Part shown: positions 43,982 to 56,900 of the stretch, piece after piece
Layout: every line of letters starts with the position of its first letter
How positions within the stretch are numbered: position 1 is the stretch's first letter
Translations under genes and position numbers: made by a program
Notes under the pieces: model-generated
The model's database searches: none
Seen by the model: only the letters and a program-made list of their open reading frames with translations
Told to the model about the DNA's origin: nothing
Virus record (IMG/VR): IMGVR_UViG_3300022746_000019
Span: 26,008-90,007 of that record
DNA from: a virus
Reading direction: 5' to 3' (one strand)
DNA: 64,000 nt

Positions 43982-44505
43982 GGCTTCTTCTTTGCCGGCG
44001 CTTTCTTTGCTACGGCCTTCTTGACCGGTGCGGCTGCCTTCTTGACAGCAGGCTTACGAACAACGGGCTTGCCAGCCTTGCTGTCCCAAATAACCTTGGG
44101 GTCGGGGCGGTAGGTGGGGTCTGCGTGATGACCCTTCAGTCCATTGAGGCCCTTGTCGTAATCGACAACCTGTGCCTTTGCCAGCGGTGCCGAATCAGGG
44201 CAGCCAATTGCAACAGCGTGGACGTGATTGGAATCGAAACCTTGATCCATCGTGCGGTACCAAGCGGCAAAGCCAGCGTCCTTGAGTGCCTTGACCATCT
44301 TTGCGCGACGGGCTTCAGTCATCAGGCGAACGGAAAAATCAACGACACCTCCGCCGTCATGCGTGCCAGCGGAGGCTGCAACACCGCCCTTGTTGTACGA
44401 GCCCTGAGTGATGCGGAACGCAAAGCCCGCAGTCTTTTCGGCCCACTTAATCATTTCGATGGTGCGGGCATCAAACAGGTACCCACGGAAGTTAACAGCA
44501 GACAT
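43978..44505 (-). CDS. Zn-peptidase (M15/LAS-type) endolysin domain with Lys/Ala-rich tail
   Basis: QGSY..SAGTHDGGGVVD..GFAAWYR..HVHAV. Confidence 0.8.
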   Translation of the reverse strand: MSAVNFRGYLFDARTIEMIKWAEKTAGFAFRITQGSYNKGGVAASAGTHDGGGVVDFSVRLMTEARRAKMVKALKDAGFAAWYRTMDQGFDSNHVHAVAIGCPDSAPLAKAQVVDYDKGLNGLKGHHADPTYRPDPKVIWDSKAGKPVVRKPAVKKAAAPVKKAVAKKAPAKKKP

Positions 44506-44720
44506 TACTTATCGCTCTTCTTAATCTTCTTGATAATCTTGGCGTCAATTTTCTTGTCTTCGGCCATGGTCTTTGGCTTCTTCTTGGCTCCGTGAGCCTT
44601 GTCAGCCTTCTCGAACTTAGCCTTTTCGTCCTTGTCGAAGCCAGCCTTTTTCAGCATGGCTGCGTCCTTCTTCTTGTCCTTGGACTCTGTGTACTTGCCC
44701 TTTTCGAATGGCTTAGCCAT
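44505..44720 (-). CDS. Small Lys-rich protein
   Basis: 71 aa, AGGAG RBS. Confidence 0.7.
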   Translation of the reverse strand: MAKPFEKGKYTESKDKKKDAAMLKKAGFDKDEKAKFEKADKAHGAKKKPKTMAEDKKIDAKIIKKIKKSDK

Positions 44721-44729
44721 GTGTACTCC

Positions 44730-45005
44730 TTAACAGTCCCAAGCCCGAAGCGACTTATTGATTCGGCTATTGGGGTCTTTCGCGGTTTTTGCGGATGTGT
44801 TTTTTTTCTTCATGCCTTCCATACGACTGCAAAATGAGTCGCGGCGGGCGGCAGAGGTCTTGGATTTTGCTGCTTGAGCCTTTTTTACAGGAGGCTTAAG
44901 GTCCGACCCTGGGTTGGCTTTTTCGTAAGATTTGCGGCCCTTTTCGTTAAGGCCACCCTTTGCGTTCTTGCCTTCTTTGCGCTGCCATGCTTCAGATTTA
45001 GCCAT
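44730..45005 (-). CDS. Small basic phage protein (DUF6321-like)
   Basis: AWQRKEGKN..GGLN..GR..Y; RRDSFCSRM; SLRAWDC. Confidence 0.8.
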   Translation of the reverse strand: MAKSEAWQRKEGKNAKGGLNEKGRKSYEKANPGSDLKPPVKKAQAAKSKTSAARRDSFCSRMEGMKKKNTSAKTAKDPNSRINKSLRAWDC

Positions 45006-45186
45006 TCTTTTTATGCCAATCTTTGGTTGCTTTAACTCCCTGAGCGATGGTCTTTGCGCCGGCCTTTTTGGTCAAATTGACTTTGTCGTACTTGCCATTA
45101 TTACCAGCGTGATTGACTATTACCTCGCCCTTTTTGTTCTTTTTAACCGTGTGCTTTTCCCCAGCAGCTTTGAATGTCTTAGACAT
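44998..45186 (-). CDS. Small Lys-rich protein
   Basis: 62 aa, coupled to neighbours. Confidence 0.65.
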   Translation of the reverse strand: MSKTFKAAGEKHTVKKNKKGEVIVNHAGNNGKYDKVNLTKKAGAKTIAQGVKATKDWHKKNG

Positions 45187-45362
45187 TATTTATTTTTCTT
45201 TGACTTACCGGCTTCGCTTAGAGCAATTGCGATGGCCTGCTTTTTGGACTTTACCTCAGGTCCCTTGCCAGGTCCCGGCTTACCGGATTTAAGTTTGCCA
45301 GCCTTGTACTCGCGCATAACCTTTTCGACTTTGGCATCGCCCTTAGGCTTCTTACTTGCCAT
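45186..45362 (-). CDS. Small basic protein (DUF6496-like)
   Basis: Own translation KVEKVMREYKAGKLKSG...VKSKKQAIAIALSEAG; GGAGG RBS. Confidence 0.8.
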   Translation of the reverse strand: MASKKPKGDAKVEKVMREYKAGKLKSGKPGPGKGPEVKSKKQAIAIALSEAGKSKKNK

Positions 45363-45363
45363 G

Positions 45364-45483
45364 CTATTCCTCCGTGTTTGTGTTGGGTGCGCTTTGAAGC
45401 TCTGCCAGTTCCTCGGCTGTTGCGTACCTAGAGGTTACTTCCCCAGTAGCGCAGTTGACTTCTGTGATTGAAGGTCGTTCCAT
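45364..45483 (-). CDS. Small fibre-associated protein (39 aa)
   Basis: Own translation MERPSITEVNCATGEVTSRYATAEELAEL...; TAATG coupling. Confidence 0.6.
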   Translation of the reverse strand: MERPSITEVNCATGEVTSRYATAEELAELQSAPNTNTEE

Positions 45484-45986
45484 TAGACCACTCCGTAAAG
45501 CGTGATGTTATTTGCGGAAAAAGTGCCACCACCGGCGTTCAGACCCACGCTAGTAATGGCGGAAGTAAGCGACCGACAGGTTCCCTTGGTTATTACAGTT
45601 CCGTGGTTGTAACTAGTTGAGTTAAACAGGGATTCAATGGGGCGGACGCCCGTGTTAGCATCAGAGTACGCAACAAAACGGATTACTGCCCGGTCGTTAG
45701 GTGTCGTAGAGTTCGTAATTGAAAACGCCGTGTCACCACCAATAGCCGTAGTAGTGGCCGTGGTTCCTGTGTGGTCCATTTGGATGTAGTCGTAGGAAGC
45801 CGAACTAATGTTGTTAACGGTCAACGCAATAGGCCATCCAACTGCGGTCACATTAGTTACAACCAGAACGAGTTCGCTATAGTGCTGCGGGATAGACCCA
45901 ATGTTTAGGGAAGCTGTGGAAAGGCTGTCCACACTAACTATTTTTTTCCATCCGTCATTACTGGTTCCGAAATACTTGACTGTCAT
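45483..45986 (-). CDS. Fibre tip-like beta-sandwich protein
   Basis: SIPQHYSELVL...AITSV...ITLYGV. Confidence 0.7.
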   Translation of the reverse strand: MTVKYFGTSNDGWKKIVSVDSLSTASLNIGSIPQHYSELVLVVTNVTAVGWPIALTVNNISSASYDYIQMDHTGTTATTTAIGGDTAFSITNSTTPNDRAVIRFVAYSDANTGVRPIESLFNSTSYNHGTVITKGTCRSLTSAITSVGLNAGGGTFSANNITLYGVV

Positions 45987-46312
45987 TAGCCCACCACGGT
46001 GCCAAAGGCGTTAAAACTGCAGGTTCCAAGATCAGAGGAAACGTACACAGTATCCGCGGATGCTAGCGAAAGCCCAAGGCTAATGGCCACGAAAGAGTAT
46101 GAGTCAAGAGTTACTTTGTAAGCGACATACTGTTTGTTATCTGCAGCAGCATCGGCCACAGCAACTCGAATGTAAAATGAGTCGGACACAGTTCCACGAT
46201 TAGCCACGGTAATGGTGGATACCACAGCGTCGCTTGCGCGGGCCGAAATCAGCTTTACCGGGGTGCTAGCAGCCGGTGAGGCCTGCCCAAGCACTGGGAA
46301 TGTCGTTGCCAT
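45986..46312 (-). CDS. Structural beta-sandwich protein
   Basis: VLGQASP..VVSTITVANR..SFNAFG. Confidence 0.7.
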   Translation of the reverse strand: MATTFPVLGQASPAASTPVKLISARASDAVVSTITVANRGTVSDSFYIRVAVADAAADNKQYVAYKVTLDSYSFVAISLGLSLASADTVYVSSDLGTCSFNAFGTVVG

Positions 46313-46371
46313 AAATCTCCTTGAATAGTGGCCTAATTATACTTGGTATGTCTTAACTTGGTTTTATTAAC

Positions 46372-48530
<2,159 letters not shown>

Positions 48531-48531
<1 letters not shown>

Positions 48532-49151
48532 CAGTCACCGTATCCGTTCAGGGGAGATGAGGTATCTCCGTAACCTCCAGAGCCGTAGCCGTAGTTAGGA
48601 GGCAAGGTTGTCTTAACATAGGAACGCGGATCGTCGTACGGTCCGGCGTACCTGCTGAATTGCGGGTCGTTTACCAGTTCGTCGTTCATGACCTGGATGC
48701 AGTCCACAACCACCAAAGAGAACCGGTTTGCCACAATTGCGGCTTGCTGTACCTTTACCGGGCGGAAAACTTCGTTTAGCCAGACGATACGGCCGCGTCC
48801 CTGAAGGTCGGGGTTTCCAACAACTCCTGGAGCAACCTTCTCAATATCCTCAGCGTTGAGGGTGAGATGCAGAAGGTCGCCGTTGTAGAAGCCTCGATCT
48901 GTGAGTGGAACAGCGCCCTGCTGGATAACGGCTCTTACAACGGGCAGGTTGTACGGACCACGCCAGCGTCGCCCGACGCCGTCGTAGGAGCCCACATCGT
49001 AAACCGGATCAATCCCCGTGTTGTCTGGGTCATAGACCCACCACTCAGCCGCTGTTCCAGAGAAGCGCTGTAGGTCGTGGTTTATACCAGCGTCGATACT
49101 GTCAGACTCAAAGTCGGGGTCAAACCGACCCCCCTGATGGTATCCGCGCAT
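48531..49151 (-). CDS. Head-closure/neck-like protein
   Basis: Position among head-tail genes; DPVYDVG, RIVW..EVF (function inferred). Confidence 0.55.
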
Positions 49152-50205
49152 TACCGTCCAACGCCTCTCGGTAGTACTTCAAGTTTATTTGAATACGCTC
49201 ATCATTTGGGGCTAAAATGGCCGCCCGTTCCCCGTATTCAACTGCTTTAGAGGCGTCGCCTAAATGATACGCGGCAAGCGCGGACAAATCGTATGGAAGT
49301 TCTCCCCATGCCCATGCCTCATTAATGTAGACAAGCGGCTTCTCAGTGATTGACAGAGCGGCCTCGCCCGCCATCAGGCATTCCGCCCAATTCCCCATAT
49401 CGTGATGGTACCGCGCCAGTTCAACCAACGGTTCTCTGAGGTGCGGCGCTTCCTCACAAGCAGTGGTTAAGTGCTCAAGTGTGTACTGTAGTTCACACTT
49501 TGCTAGGTATCGGTAGGCGGCAGATCGCTCTGCGTCCCACTTTGCTGTGGGGAGTTCGAGATACCGCCTAAATTCTCTGGCAGCCTCATCTGTGCGACCA
49601 TAAAAGAATAACTCTCGGGCGAAGTAGAACGCATTACGGTCATCGGATGGGTCTTCTCGAACTGACAACTCGAGCAGGGGCAGGTATTGACTCCGGGGCT
49701 TCGATGAATCCGCATGATGGTGGATTTCCATGGAAATCCAGTCCTGCACCTCTTCCTGACCGTATGACACCAACACCTCGTGAACGGGGTGCTTCCAACG
49801 ATAACCAATGCGACTGTGGATTTTGTCGCCACCGTATTGGAGACCGGGTGATCCGTCAGGATTCCATGACCATGTGTATTTGTATCGTGGGCGAGTAACT
49901 CCCGGCTTTACGGCCTCTAGGGTATCGCGCCAACCGTCTACCAATACCTCGTCCATATCAAGGGCGATGCAGTAGTCAATGTCGATGGGCAAAGCCGCTA
50001 AAGCGGCATTTCGTGCATCATCGAACCGGAAGGGCGATACCCGTAGAGGTACTACATTGATGCCGAGAGACTCGGCCAGTTCTACCGTCTTGTCTGTAGA
50101 GCCTGTGTCTGCAATCAGCAGGTAATCTGCGGCCTTTGCGGAATCATGCCAGGCTTGTACAAATTGCTCCTCATTGAGGGCAATCGTGTAGACGGCAATC
50201 TTCAT
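49120..50205 (-). CDS. Glycosyltransferase family 2 with C-terminal TPR repeats
   Basis: IALNEE, ADTGSTDKT, FDDARNAAL, LDMDE, VHE; helical TPR-like tail. Confidence 0.92.
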   Translation of the reverse strand: MKIAVYTIALNEEQFVQAWHDSAKAADYLLIADTGSTDKTVELAESLGINVVPLRVSPFRFDDARNAALAALPIDIDYCIALDMDEVLVDGWRDTLEAVKPGVTRPRYKYTWSWNPDGSPGLQYGGDKIHSRIGYRWKHPVHEVLVSYGQEEVQDWISMEIHHHADSSKPRSQYLPLLELSVREDPSDDRNAFYFARELFFYGRTDEAAREFRRYLELPTAKWDAERSAAYRYLAKCELQYTLEHLTTACEEAPHLREPLVELARYHHDMGNWAECLMAGEAALSITEKPLVYINEAWAWGELPYDLSALAAYHLGDASKAVEYGERAAILAPNDERIQINLKYYREALDGNARIPSGGSV

Positions 50206-50240
50206 GTAGTAGTCCGTAAATGTTGGGTTTCCCCAGCTGA

Positions 50241-50471
50241 TTATTCAGCGGCGGGGAGGGAGGCCAGTTCAGCCTGATGGGTAGCGATTGCTGCCGAGAT
50301 GGTAGCGATTGCTGCCTCAGATGCTGCAACTGCTTCTTCCTGACCAAGGGCTTCTGCAGCCTTCTTGTTCAGTTCGTGCTGCCAGCCCTCGTGAGCAAAG
50401 CCAGCAATGCGGGCTTCAAGAATCTGGCGCTTTTCTTCGGGGGAGAGCAGCGCTCCAAAATCGATTGACAT
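50241..50471 (-). CDS. Small helical protein (paralog of 51542-51787)
   Basis: MSIDFGALLSPEEKRQIL..FA..QHELN. Confidence 0.75.
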   Translation of the reverse strand: MSIDFGALLSPEEKRQILEARIAGFAHEGWQHELNKKAAEALGQEEAVAASEAAIATISAAIATHQAELASLPAAE

Positions 50472-50523
50472 ATGGTTTCCTTAAACTAGTTTAGGCGTTA
50501 GCCAGTGGGTAATTATACATTAT

Positions 50524-51330
50524 TTAGGCCCAGTTACCTGCAATATTTGTTGCTGTACCTACACCTAATTTTTGTATCTCAATATATGAACCAGCCTGCA
50601 TGTAGGCTCCAGCGTTTGAAGCAGCGGTACAAATAAACTGGGGGGTAAACGTGCTAGCCAAGGTTGCGTTAGTAACAAAATACCCATCAACTTCAATTAC
50701 CCATGCGCCACCAGTTCCTGATGGAACTACTGTGGAAGCAGCATTTGTTGCATAATATCCCTGATATGTAACAACTGTTCCAGGGGATTGTGGGTATGTT
50801 TTGAAAGAATATTTGAAAGTTGTCGGCGCATTGCTAAAAGCAAATCCAATATTAATTGCACCCGCAGTTCCGTTATATGTAAATGAGCAATAATATTTTG
50901 CCTTAAATCGGTAAAGTTTACTGTACTCAAGTGAAGTCAGAACGTCATTTGCTGCAGCGAAAACGTTTTGCGTAGTATTAGCAGATGAGGTTGGGTTGTT
51001 GGCTTGTGAAAAAACCATTTGTGGCGCTTGAAGCAGACCAGAGCCAGCCTGATTCGCTGACGTCGCTCCTGCAGTAGGGTTAAATGCTAAAAGGTTATCT
51101 CCATTATATTGAATAGAACCACCGCTGGTATAGCCAACATAATTGCTATAAAAGTGCAGTGGAGAACTTAAGTATATTGGGCCACCACCGCCATTGGATA
51201 TTGAATTTGAACTAACATTAAGCGGAGAACCTAAAATAATACCAAGTGTACTTGGACTGCCAATGGTGATATTTCCATTTGAAGTTCCACCAGCACCAGC
51301 ACGTATAGTTACATCGCCGCCAGAGCCGCG
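50524..51330 (-). pseudogene. Orphaned C-terminal part of a fibre gene (AT-rich, no native start)
   Basis: GSGGDVTIRAGAGG...GSYIEIQKLG...GNWA; its 5' end is fused out of frame to the truncated GT2. Confidence 0.65.
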
Positions 51331-51527
51331 TTGCGGGCCATATCGAATCGCCAAGGCGTGATGTTGACCGAAACAACAGTGACCCCAAGGGACTCCGCCA
51401 GTTCTACCGTCTTGTCTGTCGAACCTGTGTCCGCGATGAGGATGACGTCAGCCTCTCGGGCCGACGCCACCCATCGCTCGACGAACTGCTCCTCATTCAG
51501 AGCAATCGTGTAAACCGCTACTTTCAT
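51309..51527 (-). pseudogene. Truncated GT2 glycosyltransferase (first ~72 aa only)
   Basis: MKVAVYTIALNEEQFV...DTGSTDKTVELAESLG...RFDMARNAALAAM*, near-identical to the N-terminus of 49120-50205. Confidence 0.85.
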
Positions 51528-51541
51528 GCCCTCAGGTGTCA

Positions 51542-51787
51542 CTACTCAGTAGGAGCGGGCTCTTCTGCCGGCAGCGAGTCGCGCTCTGCTTCGTGGACGT
51601 TGATCGCCTTTTCAAGTTCAGCAAGGGCGGCATTCGACTCATTCGCGAGGTTCTCATCGCCGGTGGCTTCAGCAACACGGAGGTTGATCTCGTGCTGGTA
51701 GGCGGTAGCCGCAAACTGGGTAAGTCGCTGCGCGATGATGTTGCGCTTCTGTTCCGGCGTGAGCAGGTTGGTGTAATCAATAGCCAT
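51542..51787 (-). CDS. Small helical protein (paralog of 50241-50471)
   Basis: MAIDYTNLLTPEQKRNII..FA..QHEIN. Confidence 0.75.
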   Translation of the reverse strand: MAIDYTNLLTPEQKRNIIAQRLTQFAATAYQHEINLRVAEATGDENLANESNAALAELEKAINVHEAERDSLPAEEPAPTE

Positions 51788-51862
51788 TTCTGGGTATTCC
51801 AATCAGTTCTTGAAGTCGTGGTTGCCCCTCAAACTTTACGAGGCAGTCACGAAGAGTAGGCC

Positions 51863-52705
51863 CTAAACCGCGGGTGTATTTACCTTTTCAAGAGCGTACC
51901 GGTAAACATCAACATCCAGACTGTTCAAGTCATACACCCGAGCCCGCTCAGCGTCAGTAAGCAGGGCCTTGAGGCCTTCCGTTGTCCAAACAGTGCCGCC
52001 GGCATCAGTGTAGAACCCAAAATTGAAGAAGGGATTGCCACCTGCTTTATCGGCCAGCGCGGCCTTGAAATCAGTCTCGATGTCGAGGTTGTAGTTGTCC
52101 CTGAACCACGTCATGACGCGGGATGTGAAGTCTGCGTGGTTTTCTGTGGTCCCAAGGAGATTCACCCTGTCGAGGGTGTCATACGCCTTGCTTAATGAGG
52201 TGTTGTCCGTCAAGTACCAACTCTTGTAGTAGTCCTTGGAAACGTCCGCACGTTTGAGGGGGATGTCTGTGCCATCCTCCCAGAACGGCGACACATACAT
52301 GAGCCTGAAGATTGTGGGGTCTGTGCCGTTGGAAAGGAACCTAGTCATGAGGTTGTTCACGGGGTACTGGGTTTCCTCAAAGAGGTAGTACCGAAGAAGT
52401 TGTCCCATGTCCGCTGACGATGCATAGGGCTCGTACTTCTGCAGTTCCCCTTGCATCATCAACCAGATGAAACTGCTTACCACCCTGTCAAAAGGTTCTC
52501 GAACCAAGCAAGCCACATCGATGTCAGGGTTTTGGTCAATAGGGAGAGTTCCAAAATGCCCGTGGAGGTAGGCATGCTGGTCGAAGCCTTGGAATTGGAA
52601 CGGGGACGGGTAGGTAGGAATCCCGTGCTTGAAGAGGATATCTGAGATGGTCCTAATTCCAAGCCCCCCCGTTTTGGGGATATGCAGCATGTAAAGAGTT
52701 CTCAC
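51863..52705 (-). CDS. Sulfotransferase family protein
   Basis: 5'-PSB-like LHIPKTGG; HGH; 3'-PB-like LVREPFDRVVSSF; C-terminal N.LD..VY..A. Confidence 0.82.
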   Translation of the reverse strand: MRTLYMLHIPKTGGLGIRTISDILFKHGIPTYPSPFQFQGFDQHAYLHGHFGTLPIDQNPDIDVACLVREPFDRVVSSFIWLMMQGELQKYEPYASSADMGQLLRYYLFEETQYPVNNLMTRFLSNGTDPTIFRLMYVSPFWEDGTDIPLKRADVSKDYYKSWYLTDNTSLSKAYDTLDRVNLLGTTENHADFTSRVMTWFRDNYNLDIETDFKAALADKAGGNPFFNFGFYTDAGGTVWTTEGLKALLTDAERARVYDLNSLDVDVYRYALEKVNTPAV

Positions 52706-52714
52706 TATTTAGTC

Positions 52715-53929
52715 CTACGCATACGTGTAGATCGAACTTGGAACGGACCCACTGGTCGGCGTGTAGGTGTTGGCAGCCCAACCAAAGGCAGACAGTACGT
52801 TACTCAGAACATAAGTTGATGCTCCGCTAAATGACGGGGTTTGGTCTGTCACGGTGTAGCCCGTGAAAGCGCTGTACGTCAGCGTGGTTCCGCCAAAGGA
52901 AACCGTACCGAATGTAGTCCCTGCCGGCTTCGATTTCGTTGTCAGGGTCGCGTAGTTGGAGATTACATCGCCCGTGGACGTGACCCCGACGGACGTGTAG
53001 CCGCCAGTAGCCGGGCTGAATACGTATGAGTTAGCCCATTGAACCACGCCAGATGTGTTCAATTTGAAAAGCGCGGATTCCCCAGATTTTGACAGTGGAA
53101 CAACATATGTGTTTCCAGATGAGTCAACTCCCAGTCCAGCACTGTACCCGGTCACATAGGTTGCCTTGGCAAATCGCTTTGACCATGCGACCGTTCGCGA
53201 GGTGCCAACCTTGGTTACGTCAGCATTGTTTTGAAGGTAGAGATTTCCGGAGGGATCAACAGCCATGGCGTAGACGGCCCCAGTACAAGAGTATTGATTT
53301 ACCAACGTGTTGCCCGTAGATGAAACCAGCAGTACCGCGCTACCCACACCAAGAACGCCTGACACCCACGCGTTCCCGCTTCCGTCGGCTACCACGCTAG
53401 TAGCCAAGCCGGTTCCGGCAGTTACTGCTGTTTGCAGTGATCCGTCGCTCTTAAGAACTGTGATGATGTACCAAGAGTCGGAATCTTTTGCGTCAACCGC
53501 ATGGTGGTTTGCCGTCACAATCAGTTTTGTAGACGACAGGTTCTCGACTCTAGGTCCGTACAAAGTAGAAGATGCGGCGTTGATAATGCTCGTGGTCTTC
53601 TTGGACCACTGCAGGGCTCCACTATGATTAAACATGGCCACGTACAGCATCGCTCCATCAGTGCCGACCACATACACGCCATTGGCGTCAGCAACTGCAG
53701 CCGTCGGGGCAAAGTTTGTGCTCTTTGACCACACGATTGCCCCGTCTTTACCCATCTTGACGAGGGTGTTTGAGCCGGTTACAGGCAGGTAATGATTGCC
53801 TGAAGAATCTTCCGCTGCGCCGACTCTAGCAACTGATGCCCGCATTGAATACGCCGCAAAATACTTGTTTGCAACAGCAGCAGTCGCCGCCTTAACGCTG
53901 CCGATAATCCCACCAAGAACGCCACTCAT
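52715..53929 (-). CDS. Beta-propeller structural protein (fibre tip/receptor-binding candidate)
   Basis: Repeated (V)DSSGN.Y...K....G.hqWsk blades. Confidence 0.75.
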   Translation of the reverse strand: MSGVLGGIIGSVKAATAAVANKYFAAYSMRASVARVGAAEDSSGNHYLPVTGSNTLVKMGKDGAIVWSKSTNFAPTAAVADANGVYVVGTDGAMLYVAMFNHSGALQWSKKTTSIINAASSTLYGPRVENLSSTKLIVTANHHAVDAKDSDSWYIITVLKSDGSLQTAVTAGTGLATSVVADGSGNAWVSGVLGVGSAVLLVSSTGNTLVNQYSCTGAVYAMAVDPSGNLYLQNNADVTKVGTSRTVAWSKRFAKATYVTGYSAGLGVDSSGNTYVVPLSKSGESALFKLNTSGVVQWANSYVFSPATGGYTSVGVTSTGDVISNYATLTTKSKPAGTTFGTVSFGGTTLTYSAFTGYTVTDQTPSFSGASTYVLSNVLSAFGWAANTYTPTSGSVPSSIYTYA

Positions 53930-56900
53930 TAGGTCAGCCCGTTGCCGCTAATCATCCAAGAAGTGGAGGTGATCTTTACTGCAGTGGCCATGCCGTAGGG
54001 AGCCAACGTCCGAGATCCGGTGGTACCAGCGCCGGCTAGATACATCGTGTCGGTAGTGATGGCGATTGTCATGGTCGCTCCCGCGCCTGCAATGAAAGTA
54101 AGAGTGGTTCCCACCGGAAGAGCAAGGTTTGCATTGGAGTCAATAGTGACGGTGCGGGTCGCAGAAGCGTAGATGTGCTTTCCGGCGTCCGCCGCAACCA
54201 CGGTGTACGCGCCTGTTGTGGTCGAATTCTGCGGAAGTCCAAGGAAGCCAACCCCGTTTGCCGCCGTCGCTGTGGTGCCGCCGTTGGCCAACACGCTGGG
54301 GCCGATTGTCAGGGTGTCTGTTCCGGTCTGATCGATGTTGTCGAACAGGCCCTCTTCAACACCAGATGCTCCTGCACGGACGACGAGTTTGAGTGTGCCA
54401 GCGGTAGTGCCGTCACGGAAATAGAGTTTGGCAACGCCAGCACCGGGATTTGCTGCCGCCGCTGTCTGTTTCGTCAGGCGCACCTGACCGCCACTGTTCT
54501 CCTCAAACAACCGTCCGTATTGGTTGAATGTGTTGAACTGCGGTGATGTGAAGGAGCCTGCGCTGTCGACCTTGGCGAGCACTGTGCCAGTGGAATCGTG
54601 CCACTCTGTGAGATTCGCACTCTGCGATGCAAAGCCCTTGATGATTGAACCAATAGTGGTTGCGCTAGGTGCCTGAACGGCGAACCGCGTGGTGCTTATG
54701 TATCCCGAGTTGGCATACAGGCCGTTGCCAGCAGCAACATACGCATGGCCGTTGTTGTCAACAAACACAGTGTTTGTGCCAGCACCAGTCTGCACTGCAA
54801 GAATGTTGTTTACCTGACTGGCCGCACCACGAATAACCAGCGTCGGAGTAGCAGCAGACCGCGAAACAATCGAAGCCTGCGGGTAGGTGTATTGCGAACC
54901 TGCAACCGTCTGTGCGCCAGTAGTTGTATTGGCATACGAATACGAAGTTGATGTTGGTACTGCCGTGATTACATAGGTACCGTTGTAACCTGTCGGCGTT
55001 ACACCAGTGACGGTAACGAGGTCGCCTACTGCAAGGCCGTGTGCGACTGTCGTGGTGATTGTTGCGACGGTGCCTGTGCCAGAAGCTGCAGTCGTTGCAC
55101 CACCAACATACGCTTGAAGGGGTGTGGTTCCGCCGCTGTAAATCTGGGCATTGGCGGTGCGTCCACCGATGACAGTGCCAGCAGATGATTGATACTGAGC
55201 CAAGTCGCCGTACTGACCAGAGAACCCAACCTTTAGACCGAGTGCAATCTGCGTGGCTGACTGAGTAGTTGAAGTAATCGCTGCGAAAGCGGTAGAGCCG
55301 TAAGTAAAGCGACCAGCAGAATCTACGCTTGACAGCACCGTGCCGCTGTTGTTTGTCCACTGTTGGATGTCTGCCGTCTGAGATGCGGCAGCACGCAGAA
55401 TCCCTGTGACCTGAGTCGCGGTGGTACTGGAAGCGAAGAAGATTGATGCGCCGTTTACCGCATTAGCACCGACCGTGAGCCTGCCGCTAAAGGCTGCTTG
55501 ACCAGAGGCATTGATGAGACTGAGCACCGCGCCGCTGGAGTCCTGCCACTGAGTGAGGTCGGCCGTTTGAGATGCAGCAGCCTTGACGATGATGCCAACA
55601 CGGCTCACGTTATTGGTGGATGCAAAGAGCGATGCCGTGCTGGGATTGCCCGCAGGGGTACGCAAGTACAAAGAGCCGTCATTGCCGAAGCCGCTCAATA
55701 CGTTTCCGGCAATCTGACGAATGGAAAGAATGTCAACCGTATGACCGCTAACGCCAGACACTATGAGCGGAGTAACCGAAGTGCTTTGCGCGGTAATCGT
55801 GTGACCGCCAACCGTGAACGCATTAGCCGAACCCAACAACGCCAAACCAGTCGTCGGATGCACATGGTCAGCACGCGACACTTCGCCAGCCACACCAGCC
55901 GAAGCCGTACCAAGCGCGGACGGGCTAGACGAGCCATAGATAGACGAAGCCAACTTGGCGACAGTCACCGTGCCATCAGTCGGTGTGCGCGTATCAGACA
56001 GGCGCGAGTCGGTGGTGATGACAGCCGTGCCGGTCACCTGAGACGGGGCAACCGTCAATGCTGTCTGGTCAATGCCAATCGTCACATCACCCGACGTGCC
56101 GCCACCCGTAATCGGCGCGGACACATTCACCGACGTAATATCGCCAACCGTTGGGGTTGCCCACTTCACACCAGCCGACTGTGACGAATCTGCCGTCAAC
56201 ACCTGACCGTCAGTGCCCACATGGACGTTCTGCCACACCGACCCGTCACGGGCCAACAGATCACCCTTAGCCACCGACGTGATAGCCACATCATGCAGCT
56301 CATCCAACTCGTAGCCATTTTGCGGCGTAACAAAAATCAGACCATTGCCGGCATTGGCACGAAGGCACACACCGACAAACACCATGTGATTCGGCGCGGA
56401 CGGCTTCACATTCGTCATGCCACCCGGTGTAGCCGACAACCACAAAATGTCGCCAGGTGCATACGCCGACGTATTCACCTTCGACACCACACCACGGTTC
56501 ATCACAAACCCTGTGCCATTAGCCGTAATAGCCTCAGCAACAATGCCGAACGTCTTGGAAGAAGTCGCGTCAGAAGTATTGTAGGCACGCTTCACAGTCG
56601 GACGATCACCCTGCGCCCCATACAGGTACACAACTTCGCCCACATTCAACGTCGTCGATTCGGCATTAGTCACATACGTGATAACTTCCTGACCCAAAGC
56701 AATCGTCACATTGCCGCCACCAAGGCCAAGGTTCAGGGTTTGCTGACCATCCCAATACAATTTCGCAGCTGCCGACACCTGCGACGACAACGTGTCAAAG
56801 TTGATGGCACCAATACTGAAAGACTGGCTGGCATCACGCTGCACCACATAGTTTGCCATATCGGCAGAAGAAGCGTTGATGCCAATTACGGCGCTAGTTG

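Noticed and set aside
50524-54100. Diversity-generating retroelement acting on fibre tips
   Set aside because: No reverse transcriptase and no template/variable repeat pair differing at adenines was seen
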